From: Steroidobacteraceae bacterium | GTDB lineage: Bacteria; Pseudomonadota; Gammaproteobacteria; Steroidobacterales; Steroidobacteraceae | Reading direction: 5' to 3' | Assembly: GCA_035605115.1 (NCBI GenBank) | Contig: DATNHF010000054.1 | Coordinates: 1,051 to 65,050 of the forward strand | Length of the DNA: 64,000 bases | Shown here: one piece after another, positions 46,167 through 56,489 of the stretch | Position numbering within the stretch: the first letter of the stretch is position 1 | Layout of the letters: the number at the start of each line of letters is the position of its first letter | The notes under the pieces: model-generated | The model's input: the letters and a program-made list of their open reading frames with translations, nothing else | Told to the model about the DNA's origin: nothing | Database searches by the model: none | Position numbers and translations under genes: made by a program

Positions 46167-47252
46167 TCAGCCGATATATTCACGGCTCACGCGCGCGCTC
46201 AGCCCGGTGAACAGTTCGTAGGAGGCCGTACGCGCGCACTCGGCAATCGTGGCCGCGGGCAGTTGCGGCCCCCACAGCAAGACCTCGTCCCCCACCGCCA
46301 CGCGATTGCAGTCGGTCACATCGATCGTAATGGAATCCATCGATACGCGCCCGACCAGCTTCGCGCGTTGAGCGTTGACTAACACCGGCGTGCCGTTGCC
46401 CGCGTGCCGCGGATAGCCATCCCCATAGCCGATTCCGACCGTCGCGATGCGGCTCGGTCGATCGCTACTCCAGCAGCCATCGTAGCCCACGGACTCGCCG
46501 CTGCCGATCTCGCGCACGGCGATGATCACGGCGCGCAAGGCCATGACCGCCCGCAACGGCAGCGGATGCTCGGCCGCGAACGGATTTTCCCCGTACAGCA
46601 TGATACCCGGCCGTACCCAATCGGTGCGCAGCGCGGGCTTGGCGATCAAAACCGCCGAATTCGCCACGCTGACCGGCCGCGCGGCCGCAGTCGGACCGTT
46701 GCCCTCGTGACAGGCGGTGAAACGCGCGATCTGCTGCATCATGACCGGCGATGCCATGTCGCGCGTGGTGCTGAAATGCGTCATGTGCACGAGCTCGGAC
46801 ACGCCCGGCTGCGCCGCCAGCACTCGCTCCGCTGCGACGAAGCCAGCTGTATCGAGCCCGAGGCGATGCATGCCGGAATCGAGCTTCAGCCACACCCGCA
46901 GCGGCCGTCGTCTGGCGCAGTCGGCAATCGCGGCCACCGAATTCTCATCATGCGCCGTCACATCGATGTTCTGCTCGGAGCACAGCGCCAGCTCGGCCTG
47001 ATCCAATAGCGTCCCGAGCAGCAGCAGGCGGTGCGTGATCCCCGCCTGACGCAGCAGCATCGCCTCCTGCAGCCGGGCCACGGCAAAGCCATCGGCCGCG
47101 AACAACGCGCGCGCGGCCGGCACTGCGCCATGGCCGTAGGCGTCGGCCTTGAGCATCGCCATGATCCGGCTGTGCGGACACAGCGTCCGCACGACCTGCA
47201 GATTGTGGCTCAGCGCCGCGAGGTCGATCAGAACGCTGGCGGTGTTACGCAT
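46167..47252 (-). CDS. alr: Alanine racemase
   Basis: 361 aa with the PLP-lysine motif AMLKADAYGHG and C-terminal VSMDSITIDVT. Confidence 0.88.
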   Translation of the reverse strand: MRNTASVLIDLAALSHNLQVVRTLCPHSRIMAMLKADAYGHGAVPAARALFAADGFAVARLQEAMLLRQAGITHRLLLLGTLLDQAELALCSEQNIDVTAHDENSVAAIADCARRRPLRVWLKLDSGMHRLGLDTAGFVAAERVLAAQPGVSELVHMTHFSTTRDMASPVMMQQIARFTACHEGNGPTAAARPVSVANSAVLIAKPALRTDWVRPGIMLYGENPFAAEHPLPLRAVMALRAVIIAVREIGSGESVGYDGCWSSDRPSRIATVGIGYGDGYPRHAGNGTPVLVNAQRAKLVGRVSMDSITIDVTDCNRVAVGDEVLLWGPQLPAATIAECARTASYELFTGLSARVSREYIG

Positions 47253-47268
47253 ACCGCAGCAGGCAGCC

Positions 47269-49437
47269 CTAATCTAGACATGCGGCCGTGAACATCAGAT
47301 CGGCGCTGCGTCCCGGTTCGGGCTCGAAGTAGCGCGAGTTGGCTTCGTTGACGATGACTGACCCGACGTAGCTGTGATTGGTCAAGTTGTCGATGCGTGC
47401 GTATTCGGTGAAGCGCCAGTGGCGCGACTGCTGGGTGAAGCCGAAACGCAGGCTGGCGATCGTGTAGGCTGCGGCCGCTTCGCTGTTACGGTCGGCGGCG
47501 AAGATCTGTGCGCGACTGACGACTTCGAGCGTGGAGGTGAATCCGCGCGGCGCATAGGCCCAGGTCAGCCCGGCATACAGCGAGTCTTCCGGAACTGCCG
47601 GCAGGTGGCTGCCGGCCGGAATGATGATCGGCTTGCACGGCGCGCCGACGCAAGTGCCGTAAGGTTGCACGGTCACGGCATTGATGTAGGTGTAAGCCAG
47701 CTGCGCGCTGAAGCCGCCCGCCCAGGAATCCTCGACCTCCGCTTCCAGTCCCTTGCGTTGCGTTGCGCCGATGTTCTCATTGACCGTGCGTCCCGCGGCG
47801 TTGGCCTGCACCGCCAATTCGTCGCTGGTGCTGATGTAGAAGGCCGCGACGTTGGCGCGCAACGCCTGTTCGCCCGCCTTAACGCCCAGCTCATAATTGT
47901 CGCTGCGGGCCGGCTTCAAGCCGAGGTTCAAGCCTGGAATGCTGCCATCGGTGGAACGATATGCCACATCGTTGAGCGTGGGGGTCTCGAATCCGCGGCC
48001 GTAGTCGCCATAAATACGCAGCGCCGGCGCGGCCCGGAAGCTCACACCCGCGACCGGATTGGTGGCATGGTAGCGCACGCCGCTGTCCGGATCACCGCTG
48101 CCGGTCAGCAGATCGTGCGAACCGATGCGCACCGTGCTGTTGCGTAGGCCGCCCATGAGTCGCCAGCGCTCGGCCGGTTCCCAGCCGACCTGAAGATATT
48201 GATCGAAATCGTACACGTGATTGTCTTCATCGCGTCGCAGTGCACCCTCGACACCCAGCTCTGAGCCGATGAAATTCAAGAATCCTTTGCGCGCTTCCGC
48301 CAGATCGTCGTAGCTCAATCCCACCGTGGTCTGCAGCGGCCCGTCGAGCAGCGTGCGCTCATCGGTCACATGCAGTTCGCCACCGCCGAACAGGCGATTG
48401 AGGTCGATGACACCGCCGGGGCTGGTGATCAGCTTTTCAGTCGAAGCTGGAATGGCCTGAAACTGCGTGGTCGCGCGGTGACCGCTGTAGAGCGTCGCCT
48501 CGAGCGTATCGCTAGCGCTGAGCTGCCGATCATAGATCGCGCCGATCTGTTCCTGATTCAGGGATTTGCGGCTATTGTACGCCAGCGCATTGACCCCGGC
48601 CTGCGTCCGATCGGTCGCGAGCTGCGCCAGTGTCAAGCCCAGCGGATCCTGAATGAACGGCGTCTCGATGGCATTGACCACCAGCGTCAGCTTGGAGAGG
48701 TCGTCGAGTTCGAAGCGGACTTTGCCGTTGAGAATATTGCGCTCGGCAGCGCTGTGATCGCGAAAGCCATCGGTTTGAAAATGCGAGGCGTCGAGCACGT
48801 AGTTGACGCTGCCGCTGTCGCCGGCGCCTTTGAGGGCATAGCGTTGCGTGGCAAGACTGCCGGCCTCGGCCGTGCCCGTGAGCGCGAACCCCGGTTTGCC
48901 GTCCTCGGTGAACAGCGAAATCACACCGCCGGAGGAATTGCCATAGAGTGCCGAAAACGGACCGCGCAACACTTCGATGTGATCCGTCGAGCCGAGGTCG
49001 AAGTTCGAGAATTGTCCCTGCCCATCCGGCATCGTCCCCGGAATGCCATCGGAGTACAGCCGCACGCCGCGCACGCCGAACTGCGAGCGCGCACCGAAGC
49101 CGCGCACCGATAGCTGCAGGTCCTGGGCATAGTTCTGTCGGTTCTGTGCCGACACACCGGGCACGGTATCGAGCGATTCCGACAGATTGACTTCCAGTTG
49201 GCCCTGGGTGATCTCCCGTTGATCGACGCGATCGATCGAGACCGGCAGAGGCACGCTTGATTCGGGCACGCGCGTGGCGCTAATCACGACCGTCGAGAGC
49301 TCGGACGATGAGCTGGCGGCGAACGCGGTTGAGGATTCGACCTGCGCGAACGCTGGCGCCGTTGCGGCCGATAGCACAGCGACCAGCAGTGATCGCGACA
49401 GACTCACCGGAAAGCGTGACGGCAGCGTGTACAACAA
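47269..49437 (-). CDS. TonB-dependent outer-membrane receptor
   Basis: 722 aa with a signal peptide, a plug domain (VVISATR ... IEVLRGPFSALYGNSSGGVISL) and a C-terminal aromatic terminus. Substrate is not inferable. Confidence 0.85.
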   Translation of the reverse strand: MLYTLPSRFPVSLSRSLLVAVLSAATAPAFAQVESSTAFAASSSSELSTVVISATRVPESSVPLPVSIDRVDQREITQGQLEVNLSESLDTVPGVSAQNRQNYAQDLQLSVRGFGARSQFGVRGVRLYSDGIPGTMPDGQGQFSNFDLGSTDHIEVLRGPFSALYGNSSGGVISLFTEDGKPGFALTGTAEAGSLATQRYALKGAGDSGSVNYVLDASHFQTDGFRDHSAAERNILNGKVRFELDDLSKLTLVVNAIETPFIQDPLGLTLAQLATDRTQAGVNALAYNSRKSLNQEQIGAIYDRQLSASDTLEATLYSGHRATTQFQAIPASTEKLITSPGGVIDLNRLFGGGELHVTDERTLLDGPLQTTVGLSYDDLAEARKGFLNFIGSELGVEGALRRDEDNHVYDFDQYLQVGWEPAERWRLMGGLRNSTVRIGSHDLLTGSGDPDSGVRYHATNPVAGVSFRAAPALRIYGDYGRGFETPTLNDVAYRSTDGSIPGLNLGLKPARSDNYELGVKAGEQALRANVAAFYISTSDELAVQANAAGRTVNENIGATQRKGLEAEVEDSWAGGFSAQLAYTYINAVTVQPYGTCVGAPCKPIIIPAGSHLPAVPEDSLYAGLTWAYAPRGFTSTLEVVSRAQIFAADRNSEAAAAYTIASLRFGFTQQSRHWRFTEYARIDNLTNHSYVGSVIVNEANSRYFEPEPGRSADLMFTAACLD

Positions 49438-49621
49438 TTCTTTTCCTCGCGCCCTGACAGTGAAGGCAGCGCGCCAACCCTGCTGAGTTCATAGCAAACC
49501 AATCCTAGCCGACTATGCCGCGTCTAAACAGCTGTCTGACTCGCGCGGCCGTGATCCTCGGGCGTTGGTCGGATCACCGCCGCGCGCTCATGCTCCGATG
49601 CTTCGCGGCTCGCGGGAAGCT

Positions 49622-49653
49622 TGATCATCATGATATTGGCCTCATGATGATCA
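49622..49653. promoter_or_regulatory. Perfect 12-bp inverted repeat TGATCATCATGA-N8-TCATGATGATCA
   Basis: Read directly. It sits in the 284-nt gap between the aceK stop and the TonB-dependent receptor start, ~185 nt upstream of the receptor ATG. Confidence 0.4.
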
Positions 49654-49721
49654 TGAGGCGGGCACGCGGCGCGGGGGCGCTGCGCTGAATGCGGGCGAAA
49701 AATCGGACTAAATAGGAATTA

Positions 49722-51566
49722 TTAGCAGTCGCGTTGACCTGTCGCCGGCTCGCGCCACGCTTCAGGATTCGCCGGTCTGTACGGCAGGACTTCGAGAATT
49801 TCCCCGGCATTGAGGCGCTGCTGTGTTCGCCGCCAGAAGGCCGGCTCGTACAGATCCCCGTGCGCCTGCAGAAACGGCGCGCGCTGCGCGCCGGCCATGC
49901 CGAGGAAATTGATGAATGTCTCCGGAAACACATCCCGGTCGCCGACGTAAAACCAGGGTTCGGCACTCATTTCGTCTTCGTCGCAGCGCGCGGTCGGCAC
50001 GTCCCGGAAGCTGCAGTCCGTGACGCGACAAAGCTCGTCGTAGTCGTAGAAAATCACGCGGCCGTGGCGCGTCACGCCGAAATTCTTGAGCAACAGATCG
50101 CCCGGAAACACGTTGGTCAGCGCCAGATCGCGAATTGCCTGTCCGTAATCGAGTACAGCGCGCAGCGCCGCCGCATCGTCGGCCGAGCGTAGGAACAGAT
50201 TAAGCGGCACCAGTCGCCGTTCGATGTAGAGGTGATCGAAAATGAGGTCCGCGCCCTCGACATGAACGCTGTCGCCGGCATCGGCCAGCAATTCCTCGAG
50301 CAGTGGCGCGGCGAAACGCGCCACCGGAAAGCGCAAGCGCCGAAATTCCTGCGCATCGATCAAGCGCCCGGCGCGATCGTGACGAAATACGAACGCGTAC
50401 TTTGCCACGACATCCTTTTTCCAGACGTCCTTGACCGATGGTATGCGCTCGCGAATGACCTTGAATACGACATCGAAGGAAGGCAGCGTGAAGCAGATCA
50501 TGACCATGCCACGCTCGCCCGGAGCGTGCACGAACTCGTCCCCGCTGCTCAGCAGATGGCGCATGAGGCTGCGGTAGCGCTCGGTCTTGCCCTGCTTGGC
50601 GCGTCCCAGCACGGTGAAGAGCTCCCCCGCGGGCTTGCGCGGCATGAGCTGCTTGAGAAACGCCACGGTCTCGGCCACCCGCTCGAGATCGACATGAAAA
50701 TACGAGCGTGCGATGCCGAACAGGACGCTCAAGTCATCCTCGTCCAGGATGGTCGCATCGATCAGCACACCCGAGGCGCCATTGTGCAGTGCCAGTGCCA
50801 GCGGCACAGCGCTGCCGCCGCAGAGCACGCGCCCCACCAGATAAGCGCGCGTCGCCTGATAGAACACCGCCTCGACGATCTCAATGCCGCTGATTTCGCC
50901 CGATCCGCCCGAGGTGCGCAGATACTGCTCGATGGTGCGTGCACTGGCCTGCGCGCAGTGCTCGATATCGTGCCAGGGGGCGCCGATGGATCGGTCGGCC
51001 AGCATCTGTTGAATCAGCGCCGGCAGCGTGCCGGCTCGCGGGTAGCTGCGCGTGACGGTCCGGCCGTGCACCGAGGCCAGCGGATCGAGATCGGTGGCCA
51101 CGAACTCGATGTCGGCTGCGGCGCCGACGGTGCCAAATAACTTACGGGTGACCGAGCTGAAAAACGTCTTGCAGAACTCGCTATCCGGCAGTCCGTCGAT
51201 GAGGTTGGCGAAGTGCCGTTTGACTTCGACCCACAGCTCGCGCCGCCGCACGTCCTGTTGCAGCACGAGTTCCAGCGACTTGACCGTCTCGCGTATGCAG
51301 AGCTCGTACAGATCGATGCGCTCGACGGCATCCTGCTGGCCGGCATGCCAGTCCCGCGCGGCGAAGCGCTCGGGAGCACGGCGTGTGATTGCGCGAAAGC
51401 GCGCATTGTAATGCAGGAACGCTTCGACCACCTGCTGCGCGCAGCGCACTGCGTACAGCGCCGACTCGAACGCGGTGGCGATCTCCCCGTGCGATCGCCT
51501 GCGTGCCGCCTCGCTCGGCGGATTCGCGGCAACCGCGGCGGGAGCGGGAGATTCCTCGACCAACAT
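49722..51566 (-). CDS. aceK: Isocitrate dehydrogenase kinase/phosphatase
   Basis: 614 aa, full-length AceK-like pattern (FLHYNARFRAITRRA ... IFDHLYIERRLVPLNLFL ... VFPGDLLLKNFGVTRHGRVIFYDYDE). Last gene after aceA. Confidence 0.88.
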   Translation of the reverse strand: MLVEESPAPAAVAANPPSEAARRRSHGEIATAFESALYAVRCAQQVVEAFLHYNARFRAITRRAPERFAARDWHAGQQDAVERIDLYELCIRETVKSLELVLQQDVRRRELWVEVKRHFANLIDGLPDSEFCKTFFSSVTRKLFGTVGAAADIEFVATDLDPLASVHGRTVTRSYPRAGTLPALIQQMLADRSIGAPWHDIEHCAQASARTIEQYLRTSGGSGEISGIEIVEAVFYQATRAYLVGRVLCGGSAVPLALALHNGASGVLIDATILDEDDLSVLFGIARSYFHVDLERVAETVAFLKQLMPRKPAGELFTVLGRAKQGKTERYRSLMRHLLSSGDEFVHAPGERGMVMICFTLPSFDVVFKVIRERIPSVKDVWKKDVVAKYAFVFRHDRAGRLIDAQEFRRLRFPVARFAAPLLEELLADAGDSVHVEGADLIFDHLYIERRLVPLNLFLRSADDAAALRAVLDYGQAIRDLALTNVFPGDLLLKNFGVTRHGRVIFYDYDELCRVTDCSFRDVPTARCDEDEMSAEPWFYVGDRDVFPETFINFLGMAGAQRAPFLQAHGDLYEPAFWRRTQQRLNAGEILEVLPYRPANPEAWREPATGQRDC

Positions 51567-51601
51567 GCCTCTGTCGCCTCTTGGCCCCGGCGATTCGCGC
51601 T

Positions 51602-52906
51602 TCAGGCCGAACGGAACTGCTGTTCCTCGGTGCTGCCGCTCAAGGCCGCCAGCGAGGAACTGCCGCTCGTGATGGCTTGCGTGACCGCATCGAAATAGCC
51701 GGCGCCGACTTCACGTTGGTGACGGGTCGCGGAGTAGCCGGTCTTCTCGGCCGCGAACTCCGCCTGCTGCAGCGCTACATAGGCGGTCATCTGGCTCGCC
51801 TTGTAGCCCCGCGCCAGCTCGAACATGGAATAGTTCAGAGCGTGGAATCCCGCTAGCGTAATGAACTGGAATTTATAGCCCATGGCGCCGAGCTCGCGCT
51901 GAAACTTGGCGATGGTCGCGTCATCGAGCTTGCGCTTCCAGTTGAAAGACGGTGAGCAGTTGTAGGCCAGGCGCTTGTCCGGATACCTTCGATGAATCGC
52001 CTCGGCGAATTGCCGCGCTTCCTCGAGGTCGGGTTTGGCCGTTTCGCACCAGAGCAGATCCGCGTAGGGTGCGTACGCCAGGCCGCGCGCGATGGCGTGC
52101 TCCAGGCCCGCCCGCAGGTGGAAGAAGCCTTCCGGCGTGCGGCCCTTGCTGGCGTCGATGAACGACCGGTCGCGCTCGTCGACATCGGAGGTCAGCAGTG
52201 TGGCCGATTCGGCGTCGGTGCGGGCGACCAGCACGGTGGGAACGTTGCAGACATCTGCTGCCAGGCGCGCGGCCAGCAGCTTTTGTACCGCCTCCTGTGT
52301 CGGCACCAGTACTTTGCCGCCCATGTGCCCGCACTTCTTGGCGGAGGAAAGCTGATCCTCGAAGTGCACTCCGGCTGCACCCGCCTCGATCATGCCCTTC
52401 ATGAGCTCGAAAGCGTTGAGCACGCCGCCGAAACCGGCCTCGGCGTCCGCCAGGATGGGCTTGAGCCAATCGATGGAATCGTCGCCCTCGGCATGGGTTA
52501 TCTGGTCGGCACGACGCAGCGCGTTGTTAATCGCGCGCACCACCGCCGGCACCGAATCGGCCGGGTACAGCGACTGATCCGGGTACATCTGACCGGCAAG
52601 ATTGGCGTCGCCGGCCACTTGCCAGCCGGACAGATAAACCGCATCCAGACCCGCCTTGACCTGCTGCAATGCCTGATTCCCGGTCAGCGCGCCGAGCGCA
52701 TTGACGAACGGCTTCTCGTTCACGTAGCGCCAGAGCTTCTCGGCCGTGAGCCGCGCTATGGAATACTCCACGGCGACCGTGCCGCGCAGGCGCACGACGT
52801 CCTCGGCGCCATAATCGCGCGTCACACCGCGCCAGCGAGGGCTTTCACGCCAGCAACTACGCAGTTCTTCCGCGGTCGGCAATGATCTTGGCGAACTCAT
52901 ACTCAA
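51602..52906 (-). CDS. aceA: Isocitrate lyase
   Basis: 434 aa with the KKCGHMGGK active-site signature. Confidence 0.92.
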   Translation of the reverse strand: MSMSSPRSLPTAEELRSCWRESPRWRGVTRDYGAEDVVRLRGTVAVEYSIARLTAEKLWRYVNEKPFVNALGALTGNQALQQVKAGLDAVYLSGWQVAGDANLAGQMYPDQSLYPADSVPAVVRAINNALRRADQITHAEGDDSIDWLKPILADAEAGFGGVLNAFELMKGMIEAGAAGVHFEDQLSSAKKCGHMGGKVLVPTQEAVQKLLAARLAADVCNVPTVLVARTDAESATLLTSDVDERDRSFIDASKGRTPEGFFHLRAGLEHAIARGLAYAPYADLLWCETAKPDLEEARQFAEAIHRRYPDKRLAYNCSPSFNWKRKLDDATIAKFQRELGAMGYKFQFITLAGFHALNYSMFELARGYKASQMTAYVALQQAEFAAEKTGYSATRHQREVGAGYFDAVTQAITSGSSSLAALSGSTEEQQFRSA

Positions 52907-52929
52907 GCTCCCATTACATCCATGGCCGC

Positions 52930-54588
52930 CTACGACAGCAGCTCGTAGGCCGGCAACGTCATGAAGTCATCGAACTGCTCGCTGGTGACCATGCCGGCGA
53001 ACAATCGCGTGGCGGTCGGGAACATTCCCGATTGCGTACGCGCATGGCCGACCTCGCGATGAATGCGCTCGAGCTCCTGGCCCAGCAACTCATGAAACCG
53101 TTGCCGCGTGAAGGCGCGGCCGTCTGAGCTGCGCGTACCGTGTCGCAGCCACTGCCACAGTTGCGCGCGACAAATCTCCGCGGTGGCGGCATCTTCCATG
53201 AGGTTGTAGAGCGGCACGCAGCCATTGCCACCGAGCCAGGCCTCGAGATATTGCACGCCGACGCGGATGTTGAGCCGGATGCCGTCCTCGGTTATCTGGC
53301 CGTCCGGTACTTGCAGCAGATCTGTGGCGCTAACCTGCACGTCCTCACGCCGCACGTCGAGTTGATGGACACCGCGCAACACGCTGTCGAAGGCCTGCGT
53401 GGCAATAGCGGCCAATCCGGGGTGCGCAATCCAGGTACCGTCGTGTCCGGCCTGGGCTTCGCGCAGCTTGTCGGCGCGCACGCGCTCCATCGCGGCGGCA
53501 TTGGCTGCGGGGTCGCTGCGAATTGGAATCTGCGCTGCCATGCCGCCGATGGCATGCGCGCCGCGGCGATGACAGGTCTGGATCAACAACTCAACGTAGG
53601 ATTTCATCGGCGCTCGGTCCATCGTCACGGCCGATCGATCGGGAAATACCGCCTCACTGCGATTGCGAAATTTCTTGATGAAACTGAAGATGTAATCCCA
53701 ACGCCCGCAGTTCAAGCCTGCCGAATGCTCGCGCAGCTCGAACAGGATCTCGTCCATCTCAAAGGCGGCCAGAATGGTCTCGATGAGCACCGTGGCTTTT
53801 ATGGTGCCGCGCGCAATGCCCAGATGGTCCTGCGCGCTGACGAACACATCGTTCCACAGCCGCGCTTCCAGATGGCTCTCGAGCTTCGGCAGGTAGAAGT
53901 ACGGAGCGGTGCCGTTGCGCGCCAGCGCCTCGCAATTGCCGGCCAAGTAGACCGAGAAATCGAACAGCGCACCCGACACCGCTTCACCATCGATGCGCAC
54001 GTGCTTCTCGGGCAGGTGCCAACCTCTCGGCCGCACGATCAGCGTGGCCGTGCGCGGATTGAGCCGATAGAGCTTGCCGGCCGCATCGGTATAGCTGATG
54101 CGTCGCCTGATCGCATCGGCCAAGTTGACCTGCCCGTGCAACAGATTGTCCCAGGTCGGCGAACAGGCATCCTCGAAGTCGGCCATGAATGTTTGCACCG
54201 GCGCATTCAAGGCGTTGATGACCATCTTGCGATCCACCGGTCCGGTGATCTCGACCCGCCGGTCCATGAGGTCTCCCGGCACCGGCGCGATGCGCCAGTC
54301 CCCAGCGCGCACATCGGCGGATGCCGGGAGAAAGTCAGGCCATTCGCCGGCGTCGAAGCGCTGTTGCCGCGCCTGCCTCGCAGCCAGCAGCCCCTGCCGG
54401 CGCTGTTCGAATTGCCGGTGCAGATGCAGCAGCAGCCCCAACGCCGCCGGGGTCAGCACTTCCTCGGCCCGCTCGACCGTGCCGGCTGCCACCTGCGCGC
54501 TGCAGGCCACTTGCACCGCCGCCGCAGCGGCCATGCGCTCGACGCGCGGCGCGCCGTTACCGGAAACCTCGGACAGTACGGTGCTCAT
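52930..54588 (-). CDS. aceB: Malate synthase A
   Basis: From ATG 54588 the product is 552 aa with [32 protein letters not shown] and DGTWIAHPG motifs. Confidence 0.9.
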   Translation of the reverse strand: MSTVLSEVSGNGAPRVERMAAAAAVQVACSAQVAAGTVERAEEVLTPAALGLLLHLHRQFEQRRQGLLAARQARQQRFDAGEWPDFLPASADVRAGDWRIAPVPGDLMDRRVEITGPVDRKMVINALNAPVQTFMADFEDACSPTWDNLLHGQVNLADAIRRRISYTDAAGKLYRLNPRTATLIVRPRGWHLPEKHVRIDGEAVSGALFDFSVYLAGNCEALARNGTAPYFYLPKLESHLEARLWNDVFVSAQDHLGIARGTIKATVLIETILAAFEMDEILFELREHSAGLNCGRWDYIFSFIKKFRNRSEAVFPDRSAVTMDRAPMKSYVELLIQTCHRRGAHAIGGMAAQIPIRSDPAANAAAMERVRADKLREAQAGHDGTWIAHPGLAAIATQAFDSVLRGVHQLDVRREDVQVSATDLLQVPDGQITEDGIRLNIRVGVQYLEAWLGGNGCVPLYNLMEDAATAEICRAQLWQWLRHGTRSSDGRAFTRQRFHELLGQELERIHREVGHARTQSGMFPTATRLFAGMVTSEQFDDFMTLPAYELLS

Positions 54589-54628
54589 GCCGCGAGCATA
54601 TTCGGACGAATCGTGAATATTTGACTTT

Positions 54629-54642
54629 AAAAACTTCACAAT
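54629..54642. promoter_or_regulatory. Possible RamB-like operator in the aceB/regulator divergent region
   Basis: AAAACTTCACAAT matches about 10/13 of the corynebacterial RamB motif A(A/G)AACTTTGCAAA as I recall it. TTCAC(A/G) occurs three times in the 71-nt AT-rich spacer. Confidence 0.25.
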
Positions 54643-54659
54643 GTTAATTTCACACCAGC

Positions 54660-56216
54660 ATGTCGAATTTACTGCGCAAGGGTCATTTCCTCGGTGCCAA
54701 GCTGCGCAATATCCGCAAGCGCAACGGACTCACGCTCGAAGAGCTGTCGATCCGCTGCGTGCAGCTGGACGCCCAGATCGCTCCGTCCGTGTCCTACCTG
54801 AGCATGATCGAGAGCGGCAAACGCACTCCTTCCAAGGAACTGCTGGGCCTGCTCGCCGGCGTGTTCCAGCGCGATGCGGCATGGTTCCTGGATGAGAGCG
54901 CCGACGTCGCGGAAGCGGTGCCTGCAGCCCGCGCCGGCGGTGCCGCCCGCATTCCGCTCGAACCGGGATTTCTATTTTCCAAGGAGCTGCTGCAATCGGC
55001 GATCCCCGAGCTGTTGATCCAGACCGGTACCAGCGGCCGTCAGTTCGCGCATCTGTTGATCCGCTCGCACCAGGAAATGTCGCGCAACGATTTCCCCGAT
55101 CTCGAGCGCAGCGCCGAGAGTGTCGGTGAACGGCGTTTTCCGCTCTCGGTGGATGAGTTGTTGCAGCTGGCGGAGCAACATGGCTTGCATCTTCGCTGGT
55201 TCGATCGCCGCCCGGCCCTGCTGCGCGACAAGGATCAGGAGGTGCGCAGTATCGTGCGCTCCTTCTTCGAGCCGCCGGGCACGATCTATCTAAACCGCGC
55301 TCTGCGCGCCGACCCGGCGCGGCTGAAATTCGATCTCGCGACGCATATCGGGCACAAGGTGCTGCACGGCGGCGACGGGCTGAAATCTGCGCACGCCACG
55401 GGTGGGGAGATGGGGGGAAGTCCCGAGGGCGGATCGGATGTCGCCGGACTGCGCGCTCAGGACGTGCTGCATGCCTGGCGTGACTTCGAATGCAGTTTCT
55501 TTGCCGGTGCGCTGCTGTGCCCCAAGATCCCATTCCGCCGCTTTCTATCGCGTGAGCGCTACCGCATCGAAGCCGCCGCCAAGATCGAATTGACGCCCGC
55601 GGTCGTCATGCGGCGCATGACCAAGGTGTCGCCTTATCCGTATTGGCATTTTTTCGATGCCTACCCGCCAGGCTATCTGCGTGCCGTCTATCGCGGCAAC
55701 GGCATCCCGCTGCCATGGGGCAATATGGCGCGCGCCTCCGATCCCTGTCCGCAGTGGGCCGTGTTTCGAATGATTGGCGGGCATCAAAAGGAGTCCGGCT
55801 CGCAGATTTCGGTGCTGCGCGATCAGGATCGCTCGCTGCTCTACTGCTGCTACTCGATGCGCACGCGGGACATGGCGGGTAATCCGCACGTGCTTTCGGT
55901 CGGTATCGACCTGGTGCCCGTGCTGGATGCGAATGGCGCCAATTCCGCGCAGATCGTGGCCAGCATTGCTGGCGAGTGTCTGCGCCGCGCCGACACGCCG
56001 ATTCCGCGCGCGGCGGCCAGCGCGCTGCGCGCTGCGGCCGGCGTGCTCAACATCGCCTGGGTCGAAGAAGCTCTGGCGCAACCCGCCCGCATCATCTGCC
56101 CGCGCAGCACGCACTGCCCGCGGCCGGATCGCTGCGAAGGGGCGGTGCCGTCACGGGCACGCGAGATTACCGACATTCGCGCCGAAATTCTCGGCGAGAC
56201 CGCTGCCAGCCGTTAG
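54660..56216 (+). CDS. XRE-family regulator with ImmA/IrrE-like and DUF2083-like domains (RamB/ScfR type)
   Basis: 518 aa with an N-terminal HTH (LGAKLRNIRKRNGLTLEELS ... SYLSMIESGKR) and a long C-terminal region. Divergent from aceBAK, as for short-chain fatty acyl-CoA/glyoxylate-shunt regulators. Confidence 0.7.
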   Translation: MSNLLRKGHFLGAKLRNIRKRNGLTLEELSIRCVQLDAQIAPSVSYLSMIESGKRTPSKELLGLLAGVFQRDAAWFLDESADVAEAVPAARAGGAARIPLEPGFLFSKELLQSAIPELLIQTGTSGRQFAHLLIRSHQEMSRNDFPDLERSAESVGERRFPLSVDELLQLAEQHGLHLRWFDRRPALLRDKDQEVRSIVRSFFEPPGTIYLNRALRADPARLKFDLATHIGHKVLHGGDGLKSAHATGGEMGGSPEGGSDVAGLRAQDVLHAWRDFECSFFAGALLCPKIPFRRFLSRERYRIEAAAKIELTPAVVMRRMTKVSPYPYWHFFDAYPPGYLRAVYRGNGIPLPWGNMARASDPCPQWAVFRMIGGHQKESGSQISVLRDQDRSLLYCCYSMRTRDMAGNPHVLSVGIDLVPVLDANGANSAQIVASIAGECLRRADTPIPRAAASALRAAAGVLNIAWVEEALAQPARIICPRSTHCPRPDRCEGAVPSRAREITDIRAEILGETAASR

Positions 56217-56235
56217 TGCCAAGGCGAAGTTGCAG

Positions 56236-56317
56236 CTATTTCATATGAAATTCAATTTATTAATATAAGTTATTATTATATATAGCATTTATGTAAGGCT
56301 ATTGCATATGATTCAAT
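56236..56317. repeat. Imperfect direct repeat CTATT(T/G)CATATGA(AA)TTCAAT flanking ~42 nt of near-pure AT
   Basis: Copies at 56236-56256 and 56299-56317. The first contains the 14-bp palindrome ATTTCATATGAAAT (56238-56251). Confidence 0.5.
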
Positions 56318-56489
56318 GCCGCGCTCGATGCGCTGCGGCTGACCGATCTCATCCCACTGCCGCTGCATTCAGTGTGTCGGCGATGAAATCGAGCGTCTTT
56401 CCGGTTCCTGCCGCGGCTGTCGGCCCCGCAGCGGTAGCTTCCCGCGCCATCCCTCTCTAGCCTGCGCGGTAGCGAAGGGGTCAATCGCA

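Noticed and set aside
49438-49721. Possible cobalamin or TPP riboswitch in the 5' region of the TonB-dependent receptor
   Set aside because: I could not find a B12-box-like GCCACTG or a TPP CTGAGA/ACCTGA core on the minus strand. Only generic hairpins and the 12-bp inverted repeat are present, and that repeat is reported separately.
53140-54624. 494-aa plus-strand ORF
   Set aside because: It is antisense to malate synthase A.
56471-56484. GCGAAGGGGTCAA, resembling the ACCGAAGGGGCAA core of a glycine riboswitch, upstream of a GcvT-domain gene
   Set aside because: No GGAGAG element, no second conserved core and no convincing P1 pairing are present. The G-rich run sits ~10 nt before the start codon and is better explained as the ribosome-binding site.
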